Positions 16,867-29,170 of a stretch of DNA of 64,000 nt are shown here, piece by piece. This DNA is from Antechinus flavipes. Its lineage: Eukaryota. A program made the translations under genes and the position numbers. The stretch is taken from contig NC_067398.1 in NCBI RefSeq assembly GCF_016432865.1, positions 652,302,001-652,366,000 on the forward strand. Reading direction: 5' to 3'. The first letter of the stretch is position 1; the number at the start of each line of letters is the position of its first letter. A model generated the notes under the pieces. It was not told the DNA's origin and did no database searches. It saw only the letters and a list, made by a program, of their open reading frames with translations.

Positions 16867-18300
16867 TAAAATGTAGGCCAGATTTTAGGTCATCAAGTAG
16901 AGTGACCAGCTTGGGAGTGGGTGGCAGAGTACATGGAGAAGGGGTGATGGTTAAACAAAAGAAAACAATAATGGGGATCCAGATTGCTTCAGGAAAGCTG
17001 ACTACAACCCATTTTGCCATAACTATGGATTAGGTTCTTGGTACAGTATATCCAACAGGACATGGGGATTCAAAAGAATACCATTAATGACTTCTAGCAA
17101 TCTCCAGGTTATAAGGCAGTAACTAGGAAAAACAGTGGTGGCACAAAGATAGTGTTGGGCATGCAACCGAAACTGAGTTCTAATGCAGCCTATCAAGTCT
17201 GAAAATGTTATCAAAAGTCAGATTATGCAACCACTACTAACTCTAAAGTTAAACTCCAAAGAGCTCACACAGGTCATCATAACTATAGTTAGTTCTTGAG
17301 AATTTTTTAAGTGCCAATTGCAGTCATAAACCTATTCCATTGGAGGAGAGAAGGCCCATGATAGGGCAGACAGACCACCTCTAGAAGAGCTGATTTGTTG
17401 TGGCCAGATTTTAACACATAAAACAACAGGTAAACAATAAGCTAGTAACCGACAATGAGAGGTAACTTAACAATTAGACAGGTTTGATTCATAGTGGGTT
17501 TCTTGACCTCAACAGGTTTGTGGGAAGGTGTAGACACCATTGTCATACAATTCTGGGATTTTGCTGTGGCCTGAAGGTGAGCAGAAAGGATTATGTCAAG
17601 CACAGCACAACTTTCCTTCTGGGCCTTAGTTCTGGAAAAGATTATCTCCTAATAGTAAAAGTAGTGGCCTTGGTAGAGGGATCCTGACAAGTTTCAGGTA
17701 CTGCCTCTTTCCTCAGTTGTGAAATGAGATATAGAAGAAAATGGCAAACTATTATCTGTGAAAATCCAAATACGGTTGGGAAGAGTTTGACTTGGCTGAA
17801 AAAACCAGGTATCCAAAGGAACAGCTAGGTGGCTCAATGGACTGTTTTGGGCCTGGAGTCAGGAAGGCCCTCAGTTGAAATTTGGTCTCAAAAATTTTAA
17901 CTTTATGACCCCTATTCAAGTTACAACCTCTTAGTTTGCTCAATTTCCTCAATCCCCCAAAATGGGGATCACAGCACTAACCTAGGACTTCTGGTGGTCA
18001 AATTAGACATTTGTAAAACTTCAGCACTATAGTTGGGTCAGCATAAGTTCTATGTAAGTTCTTTCTCTCTTCCAAAGAAGGCAAGAAAGTGAAAACCAGA
18101 GGTTAGGAGTTTCCCTGTGACTAAGTGTTTATACTTATTCACTGAAGTCCTAAAACTTTCTTTCCCCCCTCTCCCCTACCTCCCCTGTAGGACCCACGGT
18201 ATGTTAGTTGTGTTTCATTTACTTTTACTCAAGTTAATCCTATTTCCACTAAGGATGATGGACTTGCAACACACAAAGCCAAGGATGAAGTGGGAGGATG

Positions 18301-18730
18301 GTTTTTTTAAACTTTATTTTCAAAATTCATGCAAAAAATAGATTTCAACATTTGCCAATATAGGTTAAATATGTGCAATTCTAAACGATTCCACATTTAT
18401 CTTGCTATACAAGAAAAATCGGCTCAAAAAGGAAAAAGAAATTAGGGGGGAACAGCAAACAAAAGGTGAAAATAGTTCATTATCCACATTCAGTCCCTAC
18501 AGTCCTCTGGATACAGATGGCTCTCTATCAAGTCTATTGTAATTTGCCAGAGTCATGTCATTGTTGAATATAGGGGTTCACAATTGATCATCACATACTT
18601 TGTCCAGATCTTCTGAAATCATCCTGCTGAAAATTTCTTATAGAACAAGTTTTCCATAACATTCATATGCCATAACTTAGCCATTCCTCAACTAATGGAC
18701 ATCCACTCAATTTCCATTTCATTGTCAGTG
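18301..18730 (-). mobile_element. LINE-1 3'UTR fragment
   Basis: Same 3'UTR family as 3142-3995, with internal deletions. Confidence 0.7.
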
Positions 18731-18859
18731 AATTGGGGGGAATGTTAAAAAGGAAAGGGGGGGTGATTGTATTTAAATTGTAATCTGCTGTGTTCAAGGA
18801 TTTGCACATTAGACACCTTTAGATACTATACGTGGGGATAACCCACACTGAGGGCTGGG

Positions 18860-20100
18860 GATCTGGCCGGATGTCAAAAGTCGGGACAGCAATAAGTGAC
18901 AGCCTCTAAATCTCGGCTGGGTCATTTCACAGGATCGTCTAAAGCGCACGGTTCGGTTTCCCTCTCAATCCACCCGGACAGGATCCTTTCCTCCACATTC
19001 TCCCCCAAACCGCTTCCAGCGATATTTTCAGGATAAAACACTGGCCTGGCCACGGGCGCCTCGATTAACCACCCATCCTGTTTGTACCGAGAAACACCAG
19101 GGAGAGGAGCCCTAAACAAACTGTGGCCCAGTCTAGCGCAAATTAGCGCCCGGGGAGGGGAGTGGGCGTGGCCGCCACGTCCAATGTCTTGAGTATAAGA
19201 GGGTTAGAAGCTGGCATCCAAGTCTGTAGGAAGCGGGAGAGGGCAAGAAGGGCGTGGAGACTATCTGTTGGCAGCCATGTCAGTGGGGGGCGGAAGTGAG
19301 AAGAGCGGTAACACTATGGCCTAGTCTGGGCGGCCAAAACTGTACTATTCCGGCTATGTCAGTGGAGAGCGGCAGACAAGAAAGCAGGGGTGTGGTGGCC
19401 ATATATACTGGCAAGAGAAAATAAGTCTTGGGTCCGGGTGCGAAAGAGCTAGCGAGCTGGGAGCGCGGACACTGTGTGGGACGAGGAAGAAGGCGGAAGC
19501 GCAGCAGCCATGTCAGGGGCGGGGGCAGAGAGAAGACTCGGGGAGACCATGTCTCTTGGGGACAGATGAGAGGGAAAGACAGGTCGCAACCGCCATCTTT
19601 GTGGAAGGAACCGTTGTAAGGGCGGGGATGAAAAAGTTCCTGTGATGGCCCTCGTTACTTTCGGACTCTACCCAGATATGCCAGGATCCGAGGGTCTCCC
19701 GAGTCTCCTCTCTCTCGTCCCTAGCAATTCAGAGTTGCCAACGTTACTATCCTCACAGCCTGGGATGGGAGAGGGAGTACCCTCCCTTCCCAGCCGACCC
19801 CTTTTTGCCCACTAGAGTTCGAACCCGCCATCCACCGAGTCGCGGGGACCTCCAGCCGTCCTAGAGCGACCCCACCGAGGTCCCGTATCACCCGTGGGGG
19901 TCGGTCGGGGGTCGGGGCGCGACTCTTCCGGGTGGGCGGTTGCGGAGCCCCGCGGTCTCCGTGTAGGGTGTCTCTTTTCCCTGCCCTGCGGTGGGTGAGT
20001 CCGGGCCCGAGGGAGGCGGGTGAGGGGTGGAGGCTGTATGGACATCCCGGGATACCCTCCTCAGATACCTCCCTTGATTCTCCTGGTTCCGGGGGTTATC
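18860..20100 (+). promoter_or_regulatory. CpG island promoter of ZNF-B
   Basis: GC box GGGCGTGGC 19164-19172, CCAAT 19181, TATAAGA 19194, ETS CGGAAGTG 19291, YY1-type CCGCCATCTT 19590-19599. Confidence 0.8.
19800..19994 (+). other. First exon of ZNF-B (start approximate)
   Basis: Donor GCGGTGG|gtgagtccggg, matching the donors at 10494(-) and 56493(+). Confidence 0.65.
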
Positions 20101-21033
20101 ATTCCTTCTCCCCCACCATCCCACTCTTTGGACTGTTTGATTTCGCGTCTCCCAGATGCCTCCTTAGTCAGCTCCTGACGTCCTTAGTCACTTCAGCTTC
20201 ATTGTCTCATTGTGGTCTTTTGCCTCCGATACCCCAAGGTAAATCTGGGGGATTAGGTAGAGATGCCTCCCTCCCTCCCTATTAAGCCCAGGCACTGAAT
20301 TGTAGGGTATAGACCACAAATGGCTAGCTGAAATGAGCTATATATCCGTAAAGACTTGGGTGGGGGCAATATGGTGGGGGATAGGGAAGCCTCTGAGGGC
20401 TTTTTATGTGCCCCACACCTCCGCGCAGTCTTCTTGGTAAAGTCGATGAATCCTGTCTCAGTATAGCCTTTTTAAATAATTAAATGAAAAGCTAAGTTTC
20501 AGTTAGAGATAAGTTAAAATAAAGACAATTTTTGGTTTTGTTTTTCGTCCCAATTTTATAGACTCCTGGAAATTTACCCCAAAATGTCCTTAGGACTTGA
20601 TGGAACCCCAGGTTAAAAACCTTTACTATAGAGAGAAAAGCATCGTATTTGAAATCCAGAGAAATCTGGATATTAATTCCATCACTGACTTTAGTCAGCT
20701 TTCTCTCTGAATAGGACTTTTCCCTATGCTCATCTGCAAAATAAGGACAGAACTTTATTTGGGAACTCCAAGTCTGACTGAGATCTAAGTAGATGGCATA
20801 TAGCAGCTTTTAACATTTGGAAAGCTTATTAAGTCTTATGAACTTCAACTAGATTGTGTGTTCTACACTTTTTCATAGACCAAGTGTGTAACTTGGCTGT
20901 TTTAGGGAATTCAGTGCAGATGGAGCTGCTCTCCAAATCAATTACATGGGGACTCTTGGCCAGAATCATTTGGCCAGTGGGAGGTCCAGAATTTTCTAAT
21001 TCCCAAGTCCCTTACTGCCCTCTGGTCCAAGGG

Positions 21034-21036
<3 letters not shown>

Positions 21037-21078
<42 letters not shown>

Positions 21079-21086
21079 CGCGCACG
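21037..21086. repeat. (TG)n microsatellite ending in palindrome CGTGCGCGCACG; Z-DNA prone
   Basis: 50 bp of alternating purine/pyrimidine. Confidence 0.9.
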
Positions 21087-24000
21087 GGCACCCCTTTAGA
21101 TAGTCTGTTGAAATCAATGGACTGGCATCTCAGAATGTTTTAAATGCCAAAATAAAACAAAAGATTATAAAGGAAAACAATTATGTTGAAATAAAGATTG
21201 AAATACAACTTTAGGGACCTTGAAATCTATCCACAGACCCCTTCAAGCCTGAACCCCAGCTTAAGGATCCTGGCCAACACCAAAACTTCTTAAACTGCAT
21301 CTCCACCCCATAGTAGGGTTACATAATTGAATTTGGGGCTAGGAAAAATCTGGTAATAGTAAAAGGTTTCTGAATGCAATGACCAGAGATTAATTCAAAA
21401 TTAAACCCACCATGAATAAGAGACATTATGGGCAATATTTGCCTGTGTTGTATCAAGGGACTTCCCTGCAAGTTGGATTTTGAAAACATAATTGACCTTT
21501 GCACTGTGTAAGCACATGCACAAAATACTGCCAAAAAACTTCTCAGATTCAGGACAGATTCAGGTAAAATTTTTTAAGGAGAAAAGGGGTCACAAGTGGA
21601 AAAAGTTTTAAGCCCTGGACTAGATCTTAAGTTCTAATCCAAATACCTTGCTTTCCACATAAGGAAATGGTTACCCAGAAAGTTTAAGGTATTTAAATAT
21701 GTGTAAGTGGCGGAGATGGGATTTAAATTTTGGCCCTGATACTAAATCCAGTCACTGCCTAGATACTACAACAGCATACCCCTAGATATAATGGGGGTAA
21801 AGTTTAAATCTGCCCAGAATTCCTTAAAGGCCTACTATATGCATGTCATCTTGTTGGGAATTGGAGTTTTGAAGGGAAAAAACCCAATTCAATCCCTTTC
21901 TCAAAGACAAATACAAATAAAGTGAGGACAAAAGAAAATTGAGGAAGGAGCCAGTAAGGCATAATGAAAACACTTTGTAAAACTTTAAAACTGTATAAAT
22001 GAATTATTATGAAGGCTACCTGGAACTTTACCTAGATTTAAATTTAAGAATAGGCAGAATATAGATAGGAAAAAGTAGGGCATTCCAGGGAATAAAGCAA
22101 GGTTTGAGTGAAAATGGGAGTAGCCTATTTGAGGAAGAGCTAGGAGGATATTCAGGAGATTGATCTGAATATGGAATCACACAGAATAATAAATAGGTCA
22201 CATTTATATAGCACTTTTACATTTACAATAGTTTCTTCAACCATTTATTATCCCCTTACCGTAAGGAAGGCATTTCCCATATTCTTTGCCTATTGATTTC
22301 CTATTTCGCTCCCATAAACACTTCTACAAATCTTACCAAATTGACTATATCAACACTCATATCCGATTAATTCGGCTATCTCTCTCTTGCTTCCAAGTTA
22401 AAATATAAAATCGACTTTTAATGCCATCTATAACTTGGTCTCTTGCCTTTCCAGTTTTCTTACACATCACTCCTCTGCTTGCCCCTCCACACCCCCATCC
22501 AATCACTGTGGCTTCCTTGCTGTTATTTATACATAATACTTGAGCTTCCAATTCATTGCCTTTTCATTGGGTGTCCCCAATGATTGAAATTCTTCTTCCT
22601 CTTTGCCTTTATCCCTGGATTCTCTCAGGCATCAGTTAAAGTTTCACCTATTGTAAGAAGCTTTTCCTAACCTTCATAAAAGTATCTCCAGTTTTCCTTG
22701 AATATATCTTGTTTGTACATAGAGATAGCTAAGTGGGCTTCTGGCCTTAGATATGTAACCCTAGACAAATTATTAACCACTCCTGCGTCAGTTTCTTTAA
22801 CTCTAAAATAGGGATAATAGCTCCTACCTTCCATGATACTTGTGAGGATCAAATGAATATGACAGTCCATTAATATAGTAGGTGTTTACTAAGAAGCTTC
22901 CTGATTTGAGTCTTTTCAGACTTCCCAGATCTCTTCCATTTCAGCTGAGTATGTCACCTCTTAATTCCCTGAGAAAACATAGGACATTTTTCATTAATTT
23001 CCTCCTCTCCTTTTATAGAAACCTAATAACATTTCTTATTCTTTTCCTTTCTTTTAGTCTTTGATGAGGCGAGCTTTCTGCTTTCCAAAACCAACTACAT
23101 ATGCTTTTTAAAAATTACATTTTTAAGTTCCAAATTGCCTCCCTCCTTCCCCACCTTATACTAGAGAAGGCCCCCATTTTACACATAGATTATATATAAT
23201 AGTCTCTTGTTTATGCTCATTCTTCATTATGTCTTGCAATTCTTTCCAGTTCATCATTTCTCTTGGTTCTTCTATTGATTATTTGACTTCTCAGTTGTCT
23301 GAGAGTTAAAATTTGGTTTTAAAAATTCAGAACTTAAACACCAAATAGACTGAGCATTTCCATATAGAAAAAGGGAGAAGATAAGAAATTGTGAATATCT
23401 TATTACATACAGCCTGCTTTTCCTGTTAAGCATATAATAAATTCATTGTTATTTTCAGGACTGTCTTGCTCATCTATGTTTCCTCCCAAACTTCTGTTTG
23501 CTTTTGTACATTTTAAATGATTCAGTGACCCTTCTTCACCTTCCCCCTACTTTAATTGCTAGCCTCTTTTTTCCTCCAGCTTCCTAGTTGAAAACAAAGA
23601 AAAAACAAAATTCTTCTAATAAAAGTGTGACATGGAAAATAAATACAATGGCCTTGTCTTAAAATATATATTTAATTTAGCACTTTGAGAGGTAACTCTC
23701 AGTCAGGAGATGGATAATATATTAACAGTTTCTTAAAGTACAAGGTTTGGTCATTTCATTGATCAAATTTCTTCCCTGTTTTCCCTGAAGCCATCTATTT
23801 ATTTTTTACTTGTACTGTTCCATCATATTCATTCTCCAATTGATAGATACCCTCTTAATTTATGGTAAAGCAATTATATGGTGCAGTTGATAGAGCACTG
23901 GACTTTGCATCAAGAAGACCTGAGTTCAGATGGTGGTTCCTTTGCCTGAGTTTTCTCATCTATTAAATGAGCTGGAGAAGGAAATGGGAGGAAAACTCCA

Positions 24001-24460
24001 AATGGGATCATAAACAGTCAGACACAACTCTACAATAACATATAATACTTCGTTACACAAATAGATCTTCTGTGACTGTCTTATACATAATGTTGGATAG
24101 TTTTACTGAGACAAAAAGGGATAGTTTATTGACTTTTGGGATATAGTTCCAAAATGCTTTTTAGAAAGACTGGATAAATTACAACTCTACCAACGGTGTT
24201 TCCAATAAAATTCATCTTTCAGTTTTTGCCAATCTGATAAATGAGAAACCAGGAGTTTTTTTTTTTATTATAGCTTTTTATTTACAAAACATATGCAAAG
24301 GTAATTTTTTCAACATTGACCCTTGCAAAACTTTCTGTTCTAAATTTTCCCTTCCTTTTCCCCACTTCTCCCCTAGATGGCAGGTAGTCCAGTACATGAA
24401 ACTGGGAGTTTTAATTTTTCATCTTATTAATTTTTGATGATTTGATGTTGAAATAGGAGC

Positions 24461-24749
24461 TATTGGAATACAGGGAGGCACCTGACAGTGGCTGTTGGAG
24501 ATGCAATCCAGACCTGCAGAATGGATCTTCTATTGTGAGAGGATGATACAAGGAGATTGAGAGGCAGTTGCTGTTCTCTGACCTCTCTGACTGAGAGGAC
24601 TTTGCATTGTCTGACCTCTTCCCTCTGCCTCCAGTTTATCTCATTCCCAGTCTGCAACACCTGTGTCAGCAAAGGCTGCTCTGCAACTCCTTCAGATGTT
24701 ATGATTCACAGTTGTGGAGGCTCTCGGAGAATTGACCTGTCCCTTAACA
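24461..24749 (-). mobile_element. Solo-LTR-like element A
   Basis: Minus strand runs TGTTAAGG...TTCCAATA; its 3' half aligns with 25114-25247 in the opposite orientation. Confidence 0.45.
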
Positions 24750-24941
24750 ATTCCCCATTTTTTGTTTTTTGCTATTTCCCCACACAGCATGTTTGCACAC
24801 TAAGGAATGCAAGCAGCACTATCACTTCTGGATGGTTGTAGCAGGTGTTGCTCTTATCATGGAGGCAAACTTTCAAAAGGAGAAGAGGACTGTGGTCAGA
24901 ACAGGCATTTAGTCTCTCATCAGTCTCCTGGCTCAGCCCTT

Positions 24942-25266
24942 TGATGTCTTGGACCAGTTAATTACCCCTACTAAAAAAGTCTCACCCGGGCTCTTCTTCC
25001 TTTCCTTCCTCCCAAGGAGCTCTGGAAGGATCCTTCTCACAAACAGCTCTGGAACGTTGCTGATTCTTCTTGTAATTCTTGTACTTCTTATACCCACATT
25101 CAAGCACCATATGAGAGGAAAGAAATCAGACAATGCAACAGCTTCTCAGAGAGGTTAGAGAGCAGCAACTGCCTTCTCAGTCTCTTGGTATCATCCTCTC
25201 ACAAGAGGAGATCCATTAGGTCTGGGTTGGATTTCCAGCAGCCACTGGTTTCTGTGTCTTCCAACA
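24942..25266 (+). mobile_element. Solo-LTR-like element B
   Basis: TG...CCAACA termini; related to element A; no TSD found. Confidence 0.45.
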
Positions 25267-25299
25267 ACTCTCATGTGTTCCAACGACTTGAAATATTGA

Positions 25300-28200
25300 T
25301 TTTAGATTGGCACTATTTGTCGTTAAGGAAAGGTCCATTATTCCTATACTTTTAAGCATTTTTAACAAGAATGGAATGTATTTTATAAAAAAAATTTTTT
25401 TTGGCAATCACTGATATGTAATTTTTATCATGCTTTCTAACATGATGTTATTGTTCAGAGTTTTCATAATATTAAAGCAGCCTACTTAACATTTATAATA
25501 TAAATCCATTCTCATGATATGAAATTTTTTTACTATGTTGTAACCCATTTGCTAATATTTGATATTATAGCATCAGTATTCATTAATGGAAGCTGGGGGA
25601 CACAGTGGATAGAATGTTGGGCCTAGAGTCAGAAAGACATCTTCCAGAGTTAAATTTGACCTCAGACACTTAATTAGCTGTGTGACTTTAGGTAAGTCAC
25701 TTAACTTTGCCCCAATTCCTAGGGAAATAGCAAAACCATTCAGGTATTTTTGCCAAGAAAACCCTAAATAGGGTAACAAAGTGTAAGACGGAACTGAAAC
25801 TACTGAATAATAGCAGCTTTCGCTATGGATATTGTCCTTTAGTTTTCTTTCTCTACTCTGTTACTAATTTAGGTATCAAAATCATATTTGTATCACAGAA
25901 GGAATTAAGTAGGAGCCTTTTAAAAAAACTTTTGGAAACAGTTTACATAATGTTTCATTTTTCAGATATTTGACATAATTTACTTATAAAACTGGTCTTG
26001 GGGATTTCTTTTGGATTTATATATGGTTTATTCAGTTTTTATGAAATCAAGTTATTTAAATTCAATATTTTTATCTATTTGGGCATTTTAATTTGGCAAA
26101 ATAATTTCTGATAATCTTTATTTCTCTTTGATTTGATGTGAATTCTCTTTATTTTTGATATCAGTGTTTTGGTTTTCCTCTTAAATCAGTTTAGCTAACT
26201 AGCTATTTTAGTTTTTTCCTTTTTAAAAAAAATTTGATTTTGTTAATATCTCTGATTTTCAAATTTCTGTTTTAGTGTTTATTGGGTAGTTTAAAAAATT
26301 TATTTTCAAGTTATTTCAATTATATTCTCATTTAATCTCTTTTCTTTATTAATGAAAGTATTTAATAATACTAATTTTCCCCTAAGGAATACTTTGGCCA
26401 TATCCCTAAAGTTTGCTGTGTTGTGTCATCATTTTCTTTTTATTCTTTTTTCCCAGTTACATATAAATAATTTTAACATTAATTTTAAAAAATTGAGTTC
26501 CATTTTTTCCCTTCTTCCCATCCATTGAGAAGACAAGTGATTTAATATAGGCTATACATATGTAATCACACAGAACATATTTCCATGTTAGTCATGTAGT
26601 AAGAGAAAACACATACTTATCCCCAATCATATAGTTTTTAAAAGTATGCTTCAATCTGTATTCAGCTTCCATTAGTTCTTAGGAGTTAGAAAGCATTTTT
26701 CATCATTAATTCTTCAGAATTGTCTTAGCTCATTGTATTCCTGAAAATAGCTAAGTCATTCACAGATAATCATCATACAATATTGTTGTTACTGTGTACA
26801 GTATTTTGATTCTGAGTCTGATTCTATTCACTTCATTTTGCGGCAGTCTTTATGTGAGTCTTTCTAGGTTTCTTTCGAAAGCATCCTACTCATCATTTCT
26901 TATAATACATTAGTATTCTATTACATTCATATACCACAACTTGTTTAACCATTCTCCAATTATAATGGGTATCCCCTCAATTTTTAGTTGTTTGTTACCA
27001 CAAAAAGCTGCTATAATTATTTGTGTACATTTAGGTCCTTTTCCTTTTTTTTTTTTTTTCCTTTGGAAGACTGACCTAGTAGTGCTATTGCTGAGTCAAA
27101 AGGTATGCACATAGTTTCAAATGAATTCCCAGAAGGGTTAAATTAATTCACAACTCTTATTTTTCCACATCCCTCCAATATTTCTCATTTTCCTGTTCTG
27201 TCATATTAGCCAATCTGATGGGTATGAGTTGTTTTCATTTGTATTTCTCTAATCAGTAACACATTTTCATGACTCTAGATAGCTTTGATTTCTTCTTCTA
27301 AAAACTTCATGTTCATATCATTTGTCCATTTCTCAAGGAGAATGACTTGATTTATAAAACTGACTCAGTTCTCTGTAGGTTTGAATCATGAACTTGCTGC
27401 AAAAATTTTCCATATGGTTTTGTTTTTCTTTTAATCATGGTTGCATTGGCTTTGTTTTTGCAAAAACTTTTTAATTTAATGTAATCAAAATTATCCATTT
27501 TTCATCCCATAATATTCTCTATGTTTTTGTCATAAATTCTTTTCTTAACCAAGCTCTGCTAGGTAAACTAGCCACTTTCCTTGTTTGCTTGTGGCATCAA
27601 CTTTTATGTCAAAATCATGTGCCCATTTTGATTTCATCTTGGTGTTTGTGAGATATTGGTCTATATCTAGTTTCTGCCAAACTGCTTTTCAATTTTCTCA
27701 GCAGTTTTTGTCAAATAGAGTTCTTGTCCCAGAAGTTTGACTCCTTATATTTATCAAACACTAGATTACCAAACTATGGTAATTTACTACTTTGTATTGT
27801 ATACTTATTCATATCTAATTTGTGAGTAATTCTTCTTGTAAGACTTAGCCGAAGTCTAGAATACTGATATCCCCAATTATAATTTTATTATCTCTTTCTC
27901 CATGTAAATTAATTTTCTTGATATTGTCATACATATTTACATATAAAGTATTAATACTAATTCATTTTCTATATACTAATTCATTTTCTATAATGCCTCT
28001 AAGTATAAATCATTTTCCCTGTTTCTCCCTTTTAATCATGTCTATTTTTACTATGTTTTTGTTTGAGATCATGATGATTACCCTAAATTCTGTTCTGGCC
28101 TTTTATTTTAATTTTGTGGGTATCTATGTTTCAATTGGATAGTGAAATATAAATTTTTCTCTTTAGCGTTAAAAGTTCTTTGGTAAGTGTCTTCAACCTA

Positions 28201-28440
28201 GAGTTCTACCTTCCTTAAAAATTATTCCCCTTCTTATACTTTACTATCTAGCCAAACTAGTTTGTTCTCTATTCTATGCAAATAGCATTCTATTGCCTAT
28301 GTCTGATTATTTCCTCTTGCTTTCTTCCCTATCCTAATGTATCTTTTTTTTTCTTCCCTTGATTTTCTTCAGTTAATATCATCAAGACAGAGTAAGACCA
28401 TCCCTAGGCCCTTTTTTTGAGTATTTAACTCCTTATAAGA
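25300..28440 (-). mobile_element. Old LINE-1 ORF2/3' remnants with nested MIR and younger insertions
   Basis: Long T-rich antisense L1-like tracts (e.g. tagtttctgccaaactgcttttc, tagccaatctgatgggtatgag); boundaries approximate. Confidence 0.65.
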
Positions 28441-28462
28441 CCTTTGAAAACATTAGGATTTC

Positions 28463-28629
28463 GGGGGCAGCTAGGTGGCGCAGTGAATAGAGCACCAGCC
28501 CTGAAGTCAGGAGGAACTGAGTTCAAAATCTGACTTCAGACATTTAAGACGTCCTAGCTGTGTGACCCTGGGTAAGTCACTTAACCCCAATTGCCTAAAC
28601 AAACAAACAGACAGACAAAACATTAAAAA
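28463..28629 (+). mobile_element. tRNA-derived marsupial SINE (WSINE1-like), with TSD
   Basis: gggggcagctaggtggcgcagtg (A box), gagttcaaa (B box), A-rich tail; TSD attaggatttc at 28452-28462 and 28630-28640. Confidence 0.9.
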
Positions 28630-28649
28630 ATTAGGATTTCACTTGGGTC

Positions 28650-29170
28650 TCCTGCTAGGATATAAAACTTCATTTTATATTGCCTTCCAGTTGCTTTATT
28701 CTGAGAAGAGATGACAGATCCCAAATTCACGAGTATTTTCTGAGTACAGAGATATGATCTTTTCAAGGCTATCAGGGGCTGTTCAAGTCAGAGTTACAGA
28801 CCTTCAGAGCCATTAGTGGTAGTTGTAGACTGATTATATCTTCTCTGAGCTTTGCCACTTTGCTTTAGAACTTGCTTGTTTAAGCCCTGTTCTCCTTCAT
28901 TTCTGGGATGAGTTAGATATCTCATGGTTTTCTTGTCTAAAGCTCCCTAAATCTTCCTCACCAGGATCCTTTGACTGGCCTCCTCTTTAGTCTATATGTA
29001 GGCTTCTGGAAGTGGCTCCATTAGCTACAGTCTGGATACAAGTATTTCTTTTTAAATTATCGTTTGGATTTGCTCTCTTTTGTTTTATCCTTTTTGGATT
29101 ACATGTGAGGAAATTTGGCTGTTCTGCTTCTATTTATTCAGCCATCTTGATCAGAAATATGTCTGTTTTC
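28650..29170 (-). mobile_element. Probable LINE-1 5'/ORF1 remnant
   Basis: Minus strand starts near aagatggctga (L1 5' motif), A-rich, continuous with the adjacent antisense L1. Confidence 0.4.
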
